From positions 7,642,422-7,706,421 of the forward strand of contig NC_092678.1 of the NCBI RefSeq assembly GCF_964355755.1: a stretch of 64,000 nucleotides of DNA, written 5' to 3'. Of this stretch, positions 14,401 to 29,400 are shown in pieces. The position numbers and the translations under genes were made by a program. The DNA is from Antedon mediterranea (taxonomy: Eukaryota > Animalia > Echinodermata). Each line of letters starts with the position of its first letter. Position 1 is the stretch's first letter. The notes below the pieces were generated by a model. The model saw only the letters and a list, made by a program, of their open reading frames with translations. It did not search any database and was not told the DNA's origin.

Positions 14401-17400
14401 TGCACTGGTATTTAAATTCTTAATTATTCTTCAGCTGACAGAACTTTGGTATAGGCTCAAGCGTATTCAAAAACTTCAAAACTAAATACAAGCATGATGA
14501 ATGAATAATTGTTTACTTTCGACACGAGAAAGGGTCTTTGGTACTATTCAATTCAATTTTTTTCAATTAAAAAAGTATGGCCTTGGGACGTATAGGCCCG
14601 GGACTATTCGGCCAGGGACGATTCGGCCCTGAGACGATTCGGCCCACCCAAATTTATTAAATTTGACAAGAATTTTAATTAATTAATTTAATTAACTAAT
14701 TTGTATCAACGTTTGATTACAATAATTCAAGGTCTATTAAAAAAATTATTAAAAAATCTCAATTAAAATGAGATAGTTGGACATTTAAAATACTGAAGAC
14801 ATTTTCCAATTACTATATGATGATATACTACTAATCTATAACTTGATGATAGAAAATAATGATGACCAGGTTTTATCGATGAACACGTTCATTTACAATT
14901 GTAGGCTATAATAACACTAAATAAAAATGGGAGACCTCTGAAAACTAATTAGTATAGTGTTTGGTATGATAAACCGTCGAAATAATTATTGCAACTAAAA
15001 TAAGGAATTTATTTTAATACTGTATATTTCATTTTCTAGGTTGTTTCTCTAGGTTGGCCGAGAATTTGTTTTTCGTCCTCGACCTAGCCTAGCAAACAAC
15101 AACACCAAATTCCGCGGAAAAAAATTGACTAAACTTACACAAAACGATACCGTTTGTAAACATGACGGTATCAGAAGAATTATTTACATTTAAATACATA
15201 ATTGTTTAGTTCAAACACCTTTGAAAAACCAAAAAAAAAAATGTACAACATTAAAATTAACAATTATTGGTTTTGTCTAAATGTGGGACGATTTTTGGGC
15301 CGAAACGTCCCACTAAAAGTGGCCCGAATAATCTCGGGCCGAATCGTCTCAGGGCCGAATTGACAAAAGACAAGAAGTAACAAAAACAATAATGACAAGT
15401 AATAATTGAAAAAATGGACGAAGGCCAGGATCCAAAAAAGATGAGAATCTTGTGGCGGGATTGCCTTTACAAATTAATTAAAAATAAATATATTGAAAAA
15501 AACAAATTAATTAAAATAATGAAATAAAATAAAAATAAATATTATACCACTGCCAGTAACTAGACAAGTTACTAATTAAATTACTTAAATCAAATATCAA
15601 TTGGGACATTTGTTCCATTTAATATCACTTTTAATATTCTTTTGATTTAAGTAAGTCAATTAGTAAGTTGTCCAGTACTAAAGACCCTTTCCCGCATCTT
15701 TTACAAATATTTTGTGCTGGATGTAATTCCGTGTATACTGGCAAAACTTTTTGACATTTATCGAGTACATGGATATAGTCCTATCACATTTTCAACATTT
15801 AAAAACTGCAGGATGGAATTTTAAAGGACAACTTGACCGAGGACCATATTTTAAAAACGTATTAGGGATGTACATATGATTTCAGAACAATTGCAAGATT
15901 AAGGATATCGCCGCACGCGCTCGCTCACAATGTCCGGTTAGCCATATTGATGCATGATCGGATATCTACAACTCATCTACTTCCAGAATATGTAATAAAA
16001 ATAAACTTCAACATTGTAGTTTAGAAACTTTAAAAAAAAAAGGCATAATTTTTGTAATTTTCCCATTGTATCGTTGGAATCCTTATCTTTTGCATAATGT
16101 TTTCACACAATAACTATGCGCGTAATAAAAGAGAAAACACCAGCAGTCTACTTAGCGAAGAGCTTTTTTTTTTATCTTCTTCATCATAACTTTTACTTTT
16201 TATGAATAATGTGACAGATTTGGAGGTGCCAGGCAAAAGAACTGAGCCCCACAAGAGGAAACTTTGAGAAAATCCTCTAGTAGTCCGGAAATTGCACTAA
16301 AAAATTCTAATTCTGGGATTTTTTGTAAAAAAAGTAAGGGGACCACATTGGCTTTCATTTAATGTATGATTTAGCGTTCTACGGCAAGTAGTACAAAATA
16401 GCTTTTTTTTTTGCGATTTATAACCAAAAATGAATGAAAGTCAGTATTTTTAAAGTTTAAGATGACTTATGATAGGTTTATGACAAAAACTTCCATTACA
16501 ATAAATACAAAACATTATCATTAGCTTTCATTTAATGTATGAATTAGCATTCGACTACAAGTAGTTTACATTTTTTTTGCGATTTTTACCCAAAAATGAG
16601 TCAAATCAGTATTTTACATATACAAGGTCTAATTGTAACGCAAATTAAAAATTTGGCCTAGCTAGGCTATAATAAAGTGCCTAGGCAAATAAAGCGCCTA
16701 GGCCTAGTTATTAGGCTAGAAAGGCAGCGATACCATTATGAAACTTTGCCAGGAATTGAAAATGTTCTAGGTTAATGTTGTGTTTTCCAACGAATCGTAC
16801 TAATTTTACCGACCTGATGTAACCCTCAATGGCATGAGTAGTGTAATATAGTGTTGTGTTGTTGAGGTACTGACTTGTAATGAATACTCTTACTCGCTTA
16901 ACTGTCGTAACACATATATTGTTTATTCAGTATAATACTTGATGATACAATAATGATACAGCTAACTAACTGACTAAGGATAAGGAACGGAGGATCAGTG
17001 ATGCTGTCGGTGAGGTGTGAAGTGTGTAGGTCTGCTTCTGAAGAAGTGGCTGTGAGGTGTGTGCTCCGTGAAGTGGCTGTGAGGTGTGTCTGGGCTCTTC
17101 TGAAACTTGGGGGTATATTTGCTTCGGTTCATTTGCGTATGTCACTACGTCCTCTGTGAGGGTAACGATTGGTCCTAAGTTGGTCCAGGGGTGTTTAAGT
17201 GGGAGTGATTGATCTTATCTGGGGAGGTTACAATGATGAATTGGCCCTGTCGAATCTTTGTTTAAAACTGTCAATATCTAATTGTTTTACGATGGGAACA
17301 GTTAGAGAGGTCAAATAAACTGTTTACTTTTGGGATTTAATTATGAGCTAAATTGACTAAATGTACTTTTGAAACATCTGGACAATTTCTCCTCTGGACT

Positions 17401-20400
17401 TTCTGGGTCAAGTTTGTGAACTTATTTAAATTCTGATACAAAGGTCGATTTCTTAATTATAAAAGTATATCATTATATTACAGTAGCGTTGTAAAGCCCG
17501 TAGAGGATAGGCCCTACAGTGCGAAGGATCACATGCCCTAAACGCAACTTTGGTGGGTAGGAACCAACTTAAGTATGAATTGGCTCTAAGAAACAATTGA
17601 AAACCATTAGGCCTACTAATTATGTTGAGTTAGATAATTATTTATTGACGATTAAAGCGAAATTTACGATTTGCCCCGAATAGAAGTGTTTTTTCACAAA
17701 TTGTTTTACATTATATAAACACATATACAAATAAACTTTATTACTGACAGTTGTTTCTCAACGTTTGTATTAATTAATACAGTAGTTACAAAAAAACATA
17801 AACGTTGTAGTGATGTATCGTTACATGTACTGTACTATTTCAATCGACTATGACACGGTGACAGTTTCAACAAAGTATTAACTCGCAAATGTTTTACTGT
17901 GTTTAGTGGTACATTATTAAAACATGAAAATATGCAATTAATATTTCGTTACTGAATGGACAAAGAATATATTTAAAAATTGCACCCATTCTCTTCCCTT
18001 TCCCGCAACTCTATAATGTTACATACGAAACAAAAATTAAACTAGATTTGAACTTGTCACTACGGACGAGTTAGGTTATCCGCAGCACAAACGCCACATA
18101 CACGTCATACGTTAGAGTAAGGGGCACAGAAAACGATTATGCCATTGAAAAAATGTTAGTGCATTCTCAATTTTATGTCACGTCTAAGTATATACAGTAT
18201 ACACTATATACTGTATACTGTACGTCATACAGTGCAGAATAGGTGAAAATAAGTGATTAAAGTTATTCACATACGATGACGTCACTATGTCCGGTTAGCC
18301 ATATTGATGCATGATTTGATATCTACAACTCATTCCAGAATACGTAATAAAAATAAAACTTACTATGACTGTTTAAAAAAAGGCATAATTTTGACGATTT
18401 TTTTAACTTTTTCATAAACAACGTATGATGTGATTTTAAGGTGAAATTGTTGAAAGGTTGTAAAATTACTAGAAAAGGCTGGAAAAACATAATCACGCAA
18501 AAAGAGATGTTTTTAGCGCCACATGTGCAATGCGCGTGGACATTTTTGACATGCTCAAAATGACATGAAACGAGTCGAAAGTTGATAAGAAATTAATTTT
18601 TCGCAATTTCAAATTTTAAACACGCGCACACATCTACAGCTACAGGTCAATCTTATGACAAAGTTATACAATCTTATGTTGGCCAGAATTAGAGATACGC
18701 TGCGAACAAAACTTGTGGAAAGAAAGAAGAATAAAGAAAAAAAACTGAGATCCTGACAATAACAAGGGGTTATCCGCCAAGTGCGGATAACCAAAAAACG
18801 CAGCATTAATTAAAATTTGTTTAAATTTGACTTAAACGATTGGTCTCATTTTGTGAAAAGTTTCTCTTTTAGAAGTAATTCCCAGTGTGCTAATTTAGTT
18901 GAGTACCTAAATCACCGTGTCTATTTATTCGTTCCAGTAAAACGACATGTATTATTGTCCTGTGGTACGTATTTCAAATCGCCAGTTATTTAACGCTGAA
19001 ATTACAATGTATTTGAGAACCATCCGGTGGGCATGAGTTATTAAAAATCATACAAACGATCTAAAGCTAATTTAAATGATTTTTCGCCTAAATTAGTATA
19101 TCTTTCCAAAATTCCATCACAAAACGAGAGTTCAATGTGTCAATGTTTCTTATTGTTAACAAAATATGCGGCGTTGTTGTATTTTACATTCAGAATCACA
19201 GTAATGTTCATAATTTTCGTCTGTAAACATTTTTTTGCGTATGCTAAAAAAAGTACTATTATACGCCATGTGAACCACAATCTTCCAATCAAATTTCAGG
19301 AATTTATTTAGGTGTTATATAATAAAAAATAATAATAAACAATAATAAAAAACAATAACAATAATTCACTTTACCTTCATATCCATATGGTGTATCTACT
19401 AAAATGAAGTCAATGCTGTAAACATTGCCTAAATCAACATACCAATAAGGGTTCTGGTTTTCTGAAACTTATAGTAAAAGAATATAAATTAACTGAAATG
19501 TTATATTTTTAAATAATAATAATTGTTTAAATACTTTACAGGATGAAGATGATGATGATTAATGATGCATGTAAGCTTTGATGTATTGCTAACTGACACA
19601 GACCAGGTCACAATATTATTTTATATTTGAGTGGCCATATGATGACGTCACAACATCCGAGAGGTAAATATTCTGTATGAATTCATATCTACAACATATG
19701 CTTATTATATTAAGTTAAAAATTGGAGGTCACTGTTAATTATTAAAAATAGGTAAATTTTGGCACAAATTTGCATTAAATTACCTATTCTTACGATTAAT
19801 AAAGTTCAATGTGCACATGCATCGTTATTGTGCCATTAAAGTTCATCAAAATAAATTTAATCTACTACAGAAGGTATGAAAACAAAAATCAATTGCAAAA
19901 ACCATTTGTCTAAACCTTGTATGAGATGTGCATACAAGTGTATGCACAAAACGCAAAAAATGTATATATAACATTTTGAAATGCTCAAAAAATGTTGGCT
20001 GCACATCTACAATTCAAAGTTATACAAAGTTATGTTCACAATTATTAGAGATAGGCTGTCTACAAAAATCATAGAAAGAAAGAAGAATAACAAAGAAGAA
20101 GATGAAAAAAAAAAGATGATGATCTCATACAATCACAAGGAGATTTACCTAATAAATATGCATCATAATACCAGAGTGTTTTTACATACTGTACTTACAT
20201 CATACTAGTACTTACCAACTGTACGGGAACATGAACCAAAGTTGAAATTATTTCGCGAGTTAAGATCAACAGCTAAACTGGCATCATATGAAATACCACC
20301 AGAAGAATAAGTTGTACTCTGGTAAGCAGGCTTGCCACGACTAATATAAGATGCTGCAGAAACTACAAAAAAAGAACAGTATATCAAACTGAAGCTATAT

Positions 20401-23400
20401 ATTATACATTCATTGATTTTGATGTACTGTATGGTTTCTTCATTCTTTTTTCCAATTTAAATTTCATCCTGTCTTTTTTCAATCCTCACCCTTTCCTAGA
20501 TTTCGCTCCAATTCAATAGACCTGCTTAAGTATAGGATGACAAGATAAGAAAATTCATAAAGCGCACATATCCCACAAAGTGCTAATACAGTCTTTGAAT
20601 CCAATCAAATGATTATTATGATGATGATCATTAAAAAGAAAAAGAAAATCATTATATCGTCATATTGCTCTTATTAAATCATGACGACATTTGATTGGAC
20701 GTGTGAAAATATTAAAAATAACAAAGACAAATAATCATTCTATAGGTCTAGAACAAAATGTTTTATGTAAAAAAAATGTACGTTCATTACAATTTGTTTT
20801 ATGTACCCACAAAATGTAAGCAATTTCCGCGGAACAGCGCGCAATCACAGAAAAACAGCTATTTTAGGAAGGTTTTTTCAATGTAAACTCTGTTGTTATT
20901 ACACTGATTTTTATGGCTGTTTCGGCATTATTATCACTAATTAATTACCTCCAGTGTCATTGTCATTGTCCAATATTTTTATTTCTTAATTTAAGAAACA
21001 CCGTTTGCATTGATTTTTAAAGTAAGATGATCTCAAAATCATCGTATGTTAAAGTATAGTCATATTCGTAAAATTTTTTTTTATCCTGATACAAAAACTT
21101 TTGACATAGTTCTCCAATTTTTATGACTGTTTCACGATGCTAAAACAGACCAATCAAATAATATTAATTAATTTGATTACTTGATATTGCTCATTAGCAC
21201 ACCCATTTTTTTAAAGTTCAGTGACCTGTTAAGAGCGATTGACTACAAATATCGACGTATCATTAAAAAGTGGCAAAATGCCAAACTTAATACTTTGGTA
21301 ATTAATCACACTTTAGGAAAATAATATAACAAAACTGAAATATTTTTGAAAAAAAAATTATTTGTTGCCATGTTAACAGGTAAATTGTTTTTGTGAAATC
21401 TTTTTGTACCAGTCTTGCTCTAATGTAAAAAAAAAATTTACGTAAATCAATTATTGAATTTAGGAGATACCATTATTTTTCTTATGAGTGTTTTCAGGAA
21501 TTTCATTCAAGGGAATTTGTGTATGTTTTTCAAAGAGCTATAACTCCAATGGTAACTCTTCAAAAGCAACCATGGTTGATAAAATGGTTGAAATTTGCAT
21601 TTACTCATGTTATTTGTAATATAGAAATAGGTGGGTATAGCTTTTTCAGTCCAAAATGTTTTTTTATTGTTGTTAAAACATACTAAAATATAGGCCTGTA
21701 TAGATATTAGTATCTAAAAGCTACCCTGGGTTGTTTATTAGTACTTACTTTATTTTCCATAAATTAAAAATTGCTGCCATTTGAAAATTTTTTCCCTAAT
21801 TTTTTCTTTAATAACAAGTTTTTGTAAAGAATGTTTTAAACACATACAAACATTATTCTTAAGATTCAGAATAACTAATTTAATTTTGCCTTTGGAGTCT
21901 AGGTCAAAGGTCAATTTATTACACTATATACAATTATTGTATATCTTAAAGACCCCTTCCCTGCAATTTTGGACGTTTTTTGGAAAATAATACATATATA
22001 TCACTTTAAAAACATTAAACCATGTCATTCCTTGTCTTAAATGTACGTTTTATGGTAAATTATGATAAAAAGTGAGAAACAATGCACTACCTAAGTAGCT
22101 TGCGCCGATCGACCTCTCGTGGACGGTCTCAGGCCTAGCCTAGCTAGGCTTAGTTTTGTAGGCCTAGCTGGTAAACATCGGTAAGGTACGAACATTGTAC
22201 GCTAGCTATATACCTAGCCTGACGTTGTATAGTTGCTGCATTAATTATCTTTCTATTTTTGCCAGACTCCGTTGACACAAATTGGGGAAAACCCGGTATT
22301 TTCGCTGAAAAGTTAGGAGTCTTCCATTTGTTTTGGCTTCACGATCGATCGAAAAGTGGGCGAATTACAGGTGAAAAACAACAATATCAATCCGCGCGCA
22401 ATGCATTTTGGGATTTATAGCGGGCCGCTATAATTATTAAAATCGATTTATTTTTCACATTTTTAACCGTTTAAAGACGAAAAAAGTTATCGCAATAGGA
22501 CCATATAGTATTATTTTTACATTAAATATAGTTTGTGATCTTAAATTAGATCTAAAAAACGTAGGGAATGGGGCTTTAAACTTGAGTATTTTGAATAAGA
22601 ATTTATTAGGTAGAAATATAAATGTGGCCTTAAAGCTTTAAAATAACAGTTAATCTGTGCTTTCTTTTGGAGATACAAATTGTTTAAGGTCAAAGGCTTA
22701 AATGACCCCCACACTTTTTTTTAATTATTGAATAAGCCATTTTAATGTTAAAATAGTTATTTACTTTGACAACAAAAATTGATGGAACGAAAAATTATTT
22801 TTTAACCTAATAAAATCATAATTTAAAAAAGAGTTTAAACTCAAGCCCATTGTCGGTTTGTATTTCATTTACTGTTTTTTATTTTTTATAAGCTAAATCA
22901 TTATTTTTTAAATAACCTGATTAAAACTACAAAATGACTTTGCAATGTTTGATTTTAGTATTCTTTTATTCTATTTTTTACATAAAAAAGAAAGGAACTG
23001 TAAGTTATAAACGTAATAATATCCTTTATAGTATCCGATTAGAAAGGATTCAAATTTAGATTTTCACTCCAATGAAGTACATGGTGACGGAGTTGTTCCA
23101 TCCAACCCAATATATTTATAGAAAAGACAACTTCAAAGAAGGGACACAGACCAATGCTATCAAGCTGTTTGATAGCCTTGCACACTAGACTAATGAAAGT
23201 GGTCTATTCTGTTGGCCAGGGAAAAATTAACAGAAATCAGGAGACACCTCAACATCTTGTGAGTAAGTTCTTAACATGGCCACAAGTTGAAGTAGTTACG
23301 GGTTACAAGCAACAAAATAGAGTACATGGGATATGAGAGGTCTACACTACCTAAATTTTTTGTTATCTTTATGTATGCCTACCTATATACAGTGAACACA

Positions 23401-26400
23401 AAAATCGATTTTCGATCGAAAAATTCTCATCCCTAAGGTGGGATTTTTAACGCATTTCTAATTATACCAATCAGTTCCACAGTTTTGGACAATTTTACAA
23501 TAGACGTTGTGAAGCTCCAAATTTTGGCCAAAATTAGATTTTTTAACCACAAGTAAAAACACCCCCATTGAAAATAGTACGGTCTATTCCCATGTCTGAC
23601 CAAACATTTTTTGCTTTCAGTTTGTTTATAAGTCTTTCATCATCTTGTACTAAATTTCGTTTTGAAATAATAGGAAAAATTACAAGAAAATGCTATAATT
23701 TTTTAAATTGCCGTTTCTATGGCAACAAGATACAAATATCAAAAATATTTTTATCTTTGCATGTTTCAACCAAACCTCTTTCATTGTGCAAATTTTAAAG
23801 AAAATCTATTTTTTTGACTTGGCCACCTAAGGTCGAAATTTATAGACAACTGCTCTTAAGTGTTAAAAGATAATAGAAGACATTTTCAAAAGTTTAACAT
23901 AGTGAAATTGCATTTTTAATTTTAAAATATAATTTGATTTAATGTACGAGTAGCTTCAAAAAACCCCATTTTGTTTGTGGCATTTTGACGGATGTGTTTA
24001 TTAAACTAACTAGCATGATTTGCTGTTGGTGTGGAATGGAACAAAATAAAAGAACAGTCCCCACACACCGTTGAATTTAGTTAGTACAATTGTTCCATTG
24101 CCAACTGAAACTATTATACAATTAATGTTATTAAATTTAAGTACCAGTCATTGCTTATATGATTCTGTAAAACTTACATCTCAGCATGGTTAATTACTGT
24201 CACCACGATCTTTGGAGATGATCAAGATAAGAACACAACTAATATTAAACCGGTCAAAAAAAGCAAACAAATTGTAATGTATTTATCCAGATTGTTCAAT
24301 TGAAAGAATATATATAATAACTATAAAATTGGTATGAAATTACAGTAAATAACCATATAATGTAATTCAGTTTGACTCTAATTTAATAAATTTATATTCA
24401 TATACCTTGATACTCGCATCTGTCTCCTGTATATCCATTTCTGCATGAACAGCTAATAGTACTTTCATCAGAACCAAGACGACACCGTCCATTTAGACAA
24501 GGATTGGGTGAACATGGATCTAGTTTAGTTTATTTAAATTAACATGAAAAAAAAAAACAATGAAGACAGAATATGAAAAATTAATGCAAATAATTAAAGT
24601 TATATTACTTTAAAAACATTAAACCTACTTGTCTTACGTTTTGTGGTTATGTTAAATAGAGAAAAATAATTCAGTACTTTAATGTTGAATTTCCTCTTGT
24701 GGACGGTCATAGTCATAGCCTACGTGGCCTTAAGTTTGTAGGGCTAGTTGGTAAACAGCGGTATTATACGAACATAATACTTTAAGCTATAGGCCTAGCC
24801 TGGCGTTGTCTAGTAGCTGCATTAATTGTCTTTCTTCATGATCGATCGAAAATGGGTAGATCACAAAAGCTAAACGAAAATACCAATCTGTCCAATGCAT
24901 GCTGGTATTTTTAGCGGGCCGCTTAAATGATTAGAATTAAACCCTTTTACAGTTTAAAGATGAAAACATTATCGCAACAGGCCCATATAGTATTTATTTT
25001 TACATAAAATGCAGTTTGTGACCTTAAATTCAATCGAAAAACAGAAAATACATTCAATACAAAACTAGTACATAGTAAATACAACTAGTACATCTTACGA
25101 AATAACAATTCCATAACTTTAAAAAACCAAAATATCTGCCAATCTGTCAATTATTTTTGTTTTTGTAAATAAAAGAGATTATTACAGTATATGTGATTGT
25201 CAAGTTTGTACTTAAAAAGTGTACAGTAGTCACTATTCAGTTCAACAAGTATCAAAAGTTACTATTACTATTAGTATTAGTAAAGTCAATATAGTGAAGA
25301 TTACACGATGGTTGATTTCCTTATCACTAGGCAAATCTCATTTACTTAATTGCTTAAGTATGAATGCTTCACCAAAATATGATGCCAGTTATGGAATTTC
25401 CAAATTCATGAAACACCAACAAAGACAAAATATGTATTGTTCATTTCAGCTGCCAGAATTGTAATTATTGTTGAATATGTATGACACGCCATGTGTGTTA
25501 AAATGTTAATATTTTACTAAACTGAATCAGCAGCCTTCAATTCCAGAAACAGCAGCGATATTTATGGTGTGCACATTGCCATCACTACAGTGAATATTAA
25601 TGATATTTTCAGCAAACTTTGCATTCTCCGTTTATAATGTAAGAATATGTTTATTAAACCTAATACATTTTTGTTCTCAATTTATTTTACAGGTGCCAAG
25701 AAGTATGTGTGCTTTTTGAAATTTGAATTTTGTTTTATTTTGCAAATTGTATTATTTAAATGACGGAAATTGGTTTAGATGTTTTATAAATTATTTACCA
25801 GTATTAATACTTTTTTTATTTTATTCCAGCGTTACGGACGTACAGTTTGAAGACTTTTGTGAACTGTATTTTGAAGAGTAATATATAAAATATGATGAAA
25901 TCTTCACAGAATGTTTGTCTTATCCTATTAAGTAAATCCTTAAAATTTCATTCAGGAAGAACAAACCCTTGTTGAGAAAATTGCTAAAACCCGTGCGTCA
26001 TGATAAGAAATTTATTTTTTCTAATCAGTTAGTTTTAACTGTACATTCTATCAAATATTTTTATGCCAAACTAAAGATGTCTTTATTTTCATCTTAAAAA
26101 CATATAACATTTTAAAATTCTGATAGTGTTTGACTATGTAAATGCATTTTCAAGGCAGGATTTGTATTCAACTACTGTTATGGACGTACAGAATTTCTGT
26201 TATTGACGTACTGTACACTATCAACCACAATTCATTTGTACAGTATACGGACAACGATGCTTGAGATGTGTGCAAGTTTGACATACAAACTTTATTTAAA
26301 TGGTTAAAAACATGAGTACTGTTGTGGTTTAAAGATTTTCATTTTATTATACTTCCAATATTCAATAAACAGTTACATTTCAATTTTGCTATTAAACACT

Positions 26401-29400
26401 AGCTTTACACACATTATTTATAACAAAAACAACAAAATTCATAAAAGTTCAACTAATATTAATACTCTTTAAAATGTCACCATTTATGATTTTTCAATTT
26501 ATATTTTTGTTGTATTGGGTGACCTTTCGTTATAATTGCCCCAATAACAACTTAGGACATTCTTTCTGTGCCGCACCTATCAATCTAATATTTTTTCTGT
26601 TTTATACCATACAATTCATACGTACGTACCCTCACTGTCAGACAGATACCGGTACCTTTTATTACATTTGTGGATAAAAAATGAAACAAATACAATAGAA
26701 AAAAGGGAAATATTGTGTTGAGTCTCGTTTGGGGTATGTATAATAATAATTTTCAGGAATAAGAAATATAGAATATAGTTGAAAAATCAAAACATTAAAA
26801 CTAGTGTCTCTTATAAATACTTTAATTGGCTACTTGTTGTGAATGATTATGGTAAGACACTAGCCTATACATTCCAACTGTTAGACGCTTTCGCCGGCAG
26901 GATTGCCCTCTTTTCGGCACATTAAAAACAATCTCATTTGCCGACTGATATGTAGGTCTATACTACGCAGTTTTACTTATGTATAGCTTGTATAAATGGG
27001 TCAAAGGTTATAAATTATCGCATTTATCCGATAATTATCTGATTTGAAAGAGATAATTATCAGTTAATTTTTCTTGAGTGGAATCAGTTAAACCCCGTTT
27101 CCACAGGCTGTTTATCGGTTATTTTTTATAGGTTAATTTTTGGCTGCGGAAATACAGCCTGCGTCAACGATAATTGTTAATTATTGTGTTAATTATTAAT
27201 AATCAAATTACCGTTTTTAGACATTTCTCTCATTTCAATCTGTTTTAATTGCACAAATAATTCGAAACTTAGAAGAATCTGCCAAAATAGTTTCACTCCA
27301 CAGACAGAAAAAAAAAAACCCTCCGCATGATTGATTGAAACCCTCAACAAACAAACAATGCATTGTACATCATCGCATGTTTATTGAAATTTAATATGAA
27401 GTGCTAAAAGAATACCACATTGTAACAAAAAAGATACGCCTACTTGTTTAGGGCATAACTGTTTAGCGTCAGATTATTAGCCCTCTTTTGTTTTGTAAAT
27501 AAATATTTTATGAGCTGTTAAATTCATGAAACTCCAAAAAGGACAAAATATGGCATGATCAGTTCATTTGCCCAGTATGGCATGCTAAATTGAAATAGCC
27601 AAAAAGAAATAACTGTACAGTATTATAGTATTAGTAAAAACTAGAAAGCCACTCCGAGTGCGCATACCTTCGTCTGCTGTAAAATTCTTCTACATAGATT
27701 TCTCTGCAAAAATATACTGTATACCTGTATACTGGTATATTTGTGTGTGTCTTAATGCTGTGTGTGATTTTACTTGTTACTTTAAAATTCTGTCCTACTG
27801 TATTTTTTAACACTAGCATGTCTGAAAATAATACTAAAAAGTGGTCCAGAATTGGGACTGTGGTCCGAATTGCCTTTAAAATTGAATGGATCGAGTGGTC
27901 TTGATCACATATCTATATGTATTTTCATTTTGGTAAAGATCTTATAATTACTTTTTTAGTAATCCTGCTAAAACAGAAAGACAAACACATGCAATCGACT
28001 ACATTATACCTCCATGGCAGAGGTAAAAAATAACATTACTAAGTCTATGGAACGCCACAGAGGCCACATAGGCCACATAGAAGAACTATGACATGATGTA
28101 TTCTGTTCGCGAGATGACATTCGACACGAGTTACTTGGGTACAGTTAGTGCATTGCTTTTCTCATTTATCGTAATTAACCATAAAACATGCTTTTAAAAG
28201 AAGGAATGACCTGGTTTAATGTTTTTAAAGTAATATATAGGGCCTGCATTATGTTTACAAAATATCAACAACTGTAAGGAAAGTGTCTTCAAATTTACCC
28301 ATTGGCGAATGCACAATAGTTTGACGGCACGGTTTGACAGACGTCGTAAAACAAAGTTTGTTGAACAACTTCACATAAATAAAGGTCTATGTATGTTCAA
28401 GTTATAGAGTTCGGCGGTGTGACGTCACAACAATATGCATGTTGCTAGCCAACCAAAAAATGTGTTCAACGAAGTGATGTAAAGCCAAAGTCTGGATGTC
28501 AATCTACAATGTTATTGTTCAAAAAGTGATTCTCCATGGAGAGGAAACCAACAAGATGACGGCTGCAATCGATCAATCAGATAAGCCCTACGCAGTACGC
28601 ACTGCTATACGCCTGTGTTGAGCATATCTGTGTGAGAACGATAGGCAACGCAGCGTATTAAGCGTATAAAGATAAGTAGGGTACAGTACATTACTACGGA
28701 AATATTTAAATGTAATAATTATGGACAAATCAACAACCCATGTGACGGGGTTTTCTACAACAAAGTGTGTAGTGGCCTTTAAAACTTTTCAGTCTGGAGT
28801 ACGCCCTCTAGCCTCCGACTTCTCACTGCCTTTGGAGCAGTGAGGTAAATCCGAAGGATAGAGGGCGTACTCTAGACTGAAAAGTGATTCCAACAGGAGG
28901 GGGAACCAACAAGATGGCGGCAGTAAATGTGTTCAAAAACATTATTTAATATAAAAAATAATAATCTATAATACATTAAGACCACATAAATTACAACACA
29001 TAATCTTGTCAAAGCAAAGTTTTTATAAAATTAAATATAATTATTGTTAATAGCAATAGAATGAATAATTTCTTGGTAATCTAGCATTTTTTGTATACGA
29101 GGATCATATAGAATGCGTTCGCGTTTATACGCTTAACACGCTGCGTTGCGTATTGTTATCACGCAGATAGGCTCAACACAGGCGTAGTAGTGCATACTGC
29201 GTAGGGAATATCTGATTGGTCGATTGCAGCAGCCATCTTGTTGGTTCCCTCTCCATGGAGAATCACTTTTTGAACTGCTATAACATTGTTCTTTGTGATC
29301 TAGCCTTCGGAGAGAGATGTAATAAGAACACTAGAGGGCATACTCCAGACTAAAAAGTGATTCCAACAGGAGGGGAACCAACAAGATGGCGACCGTAAAT

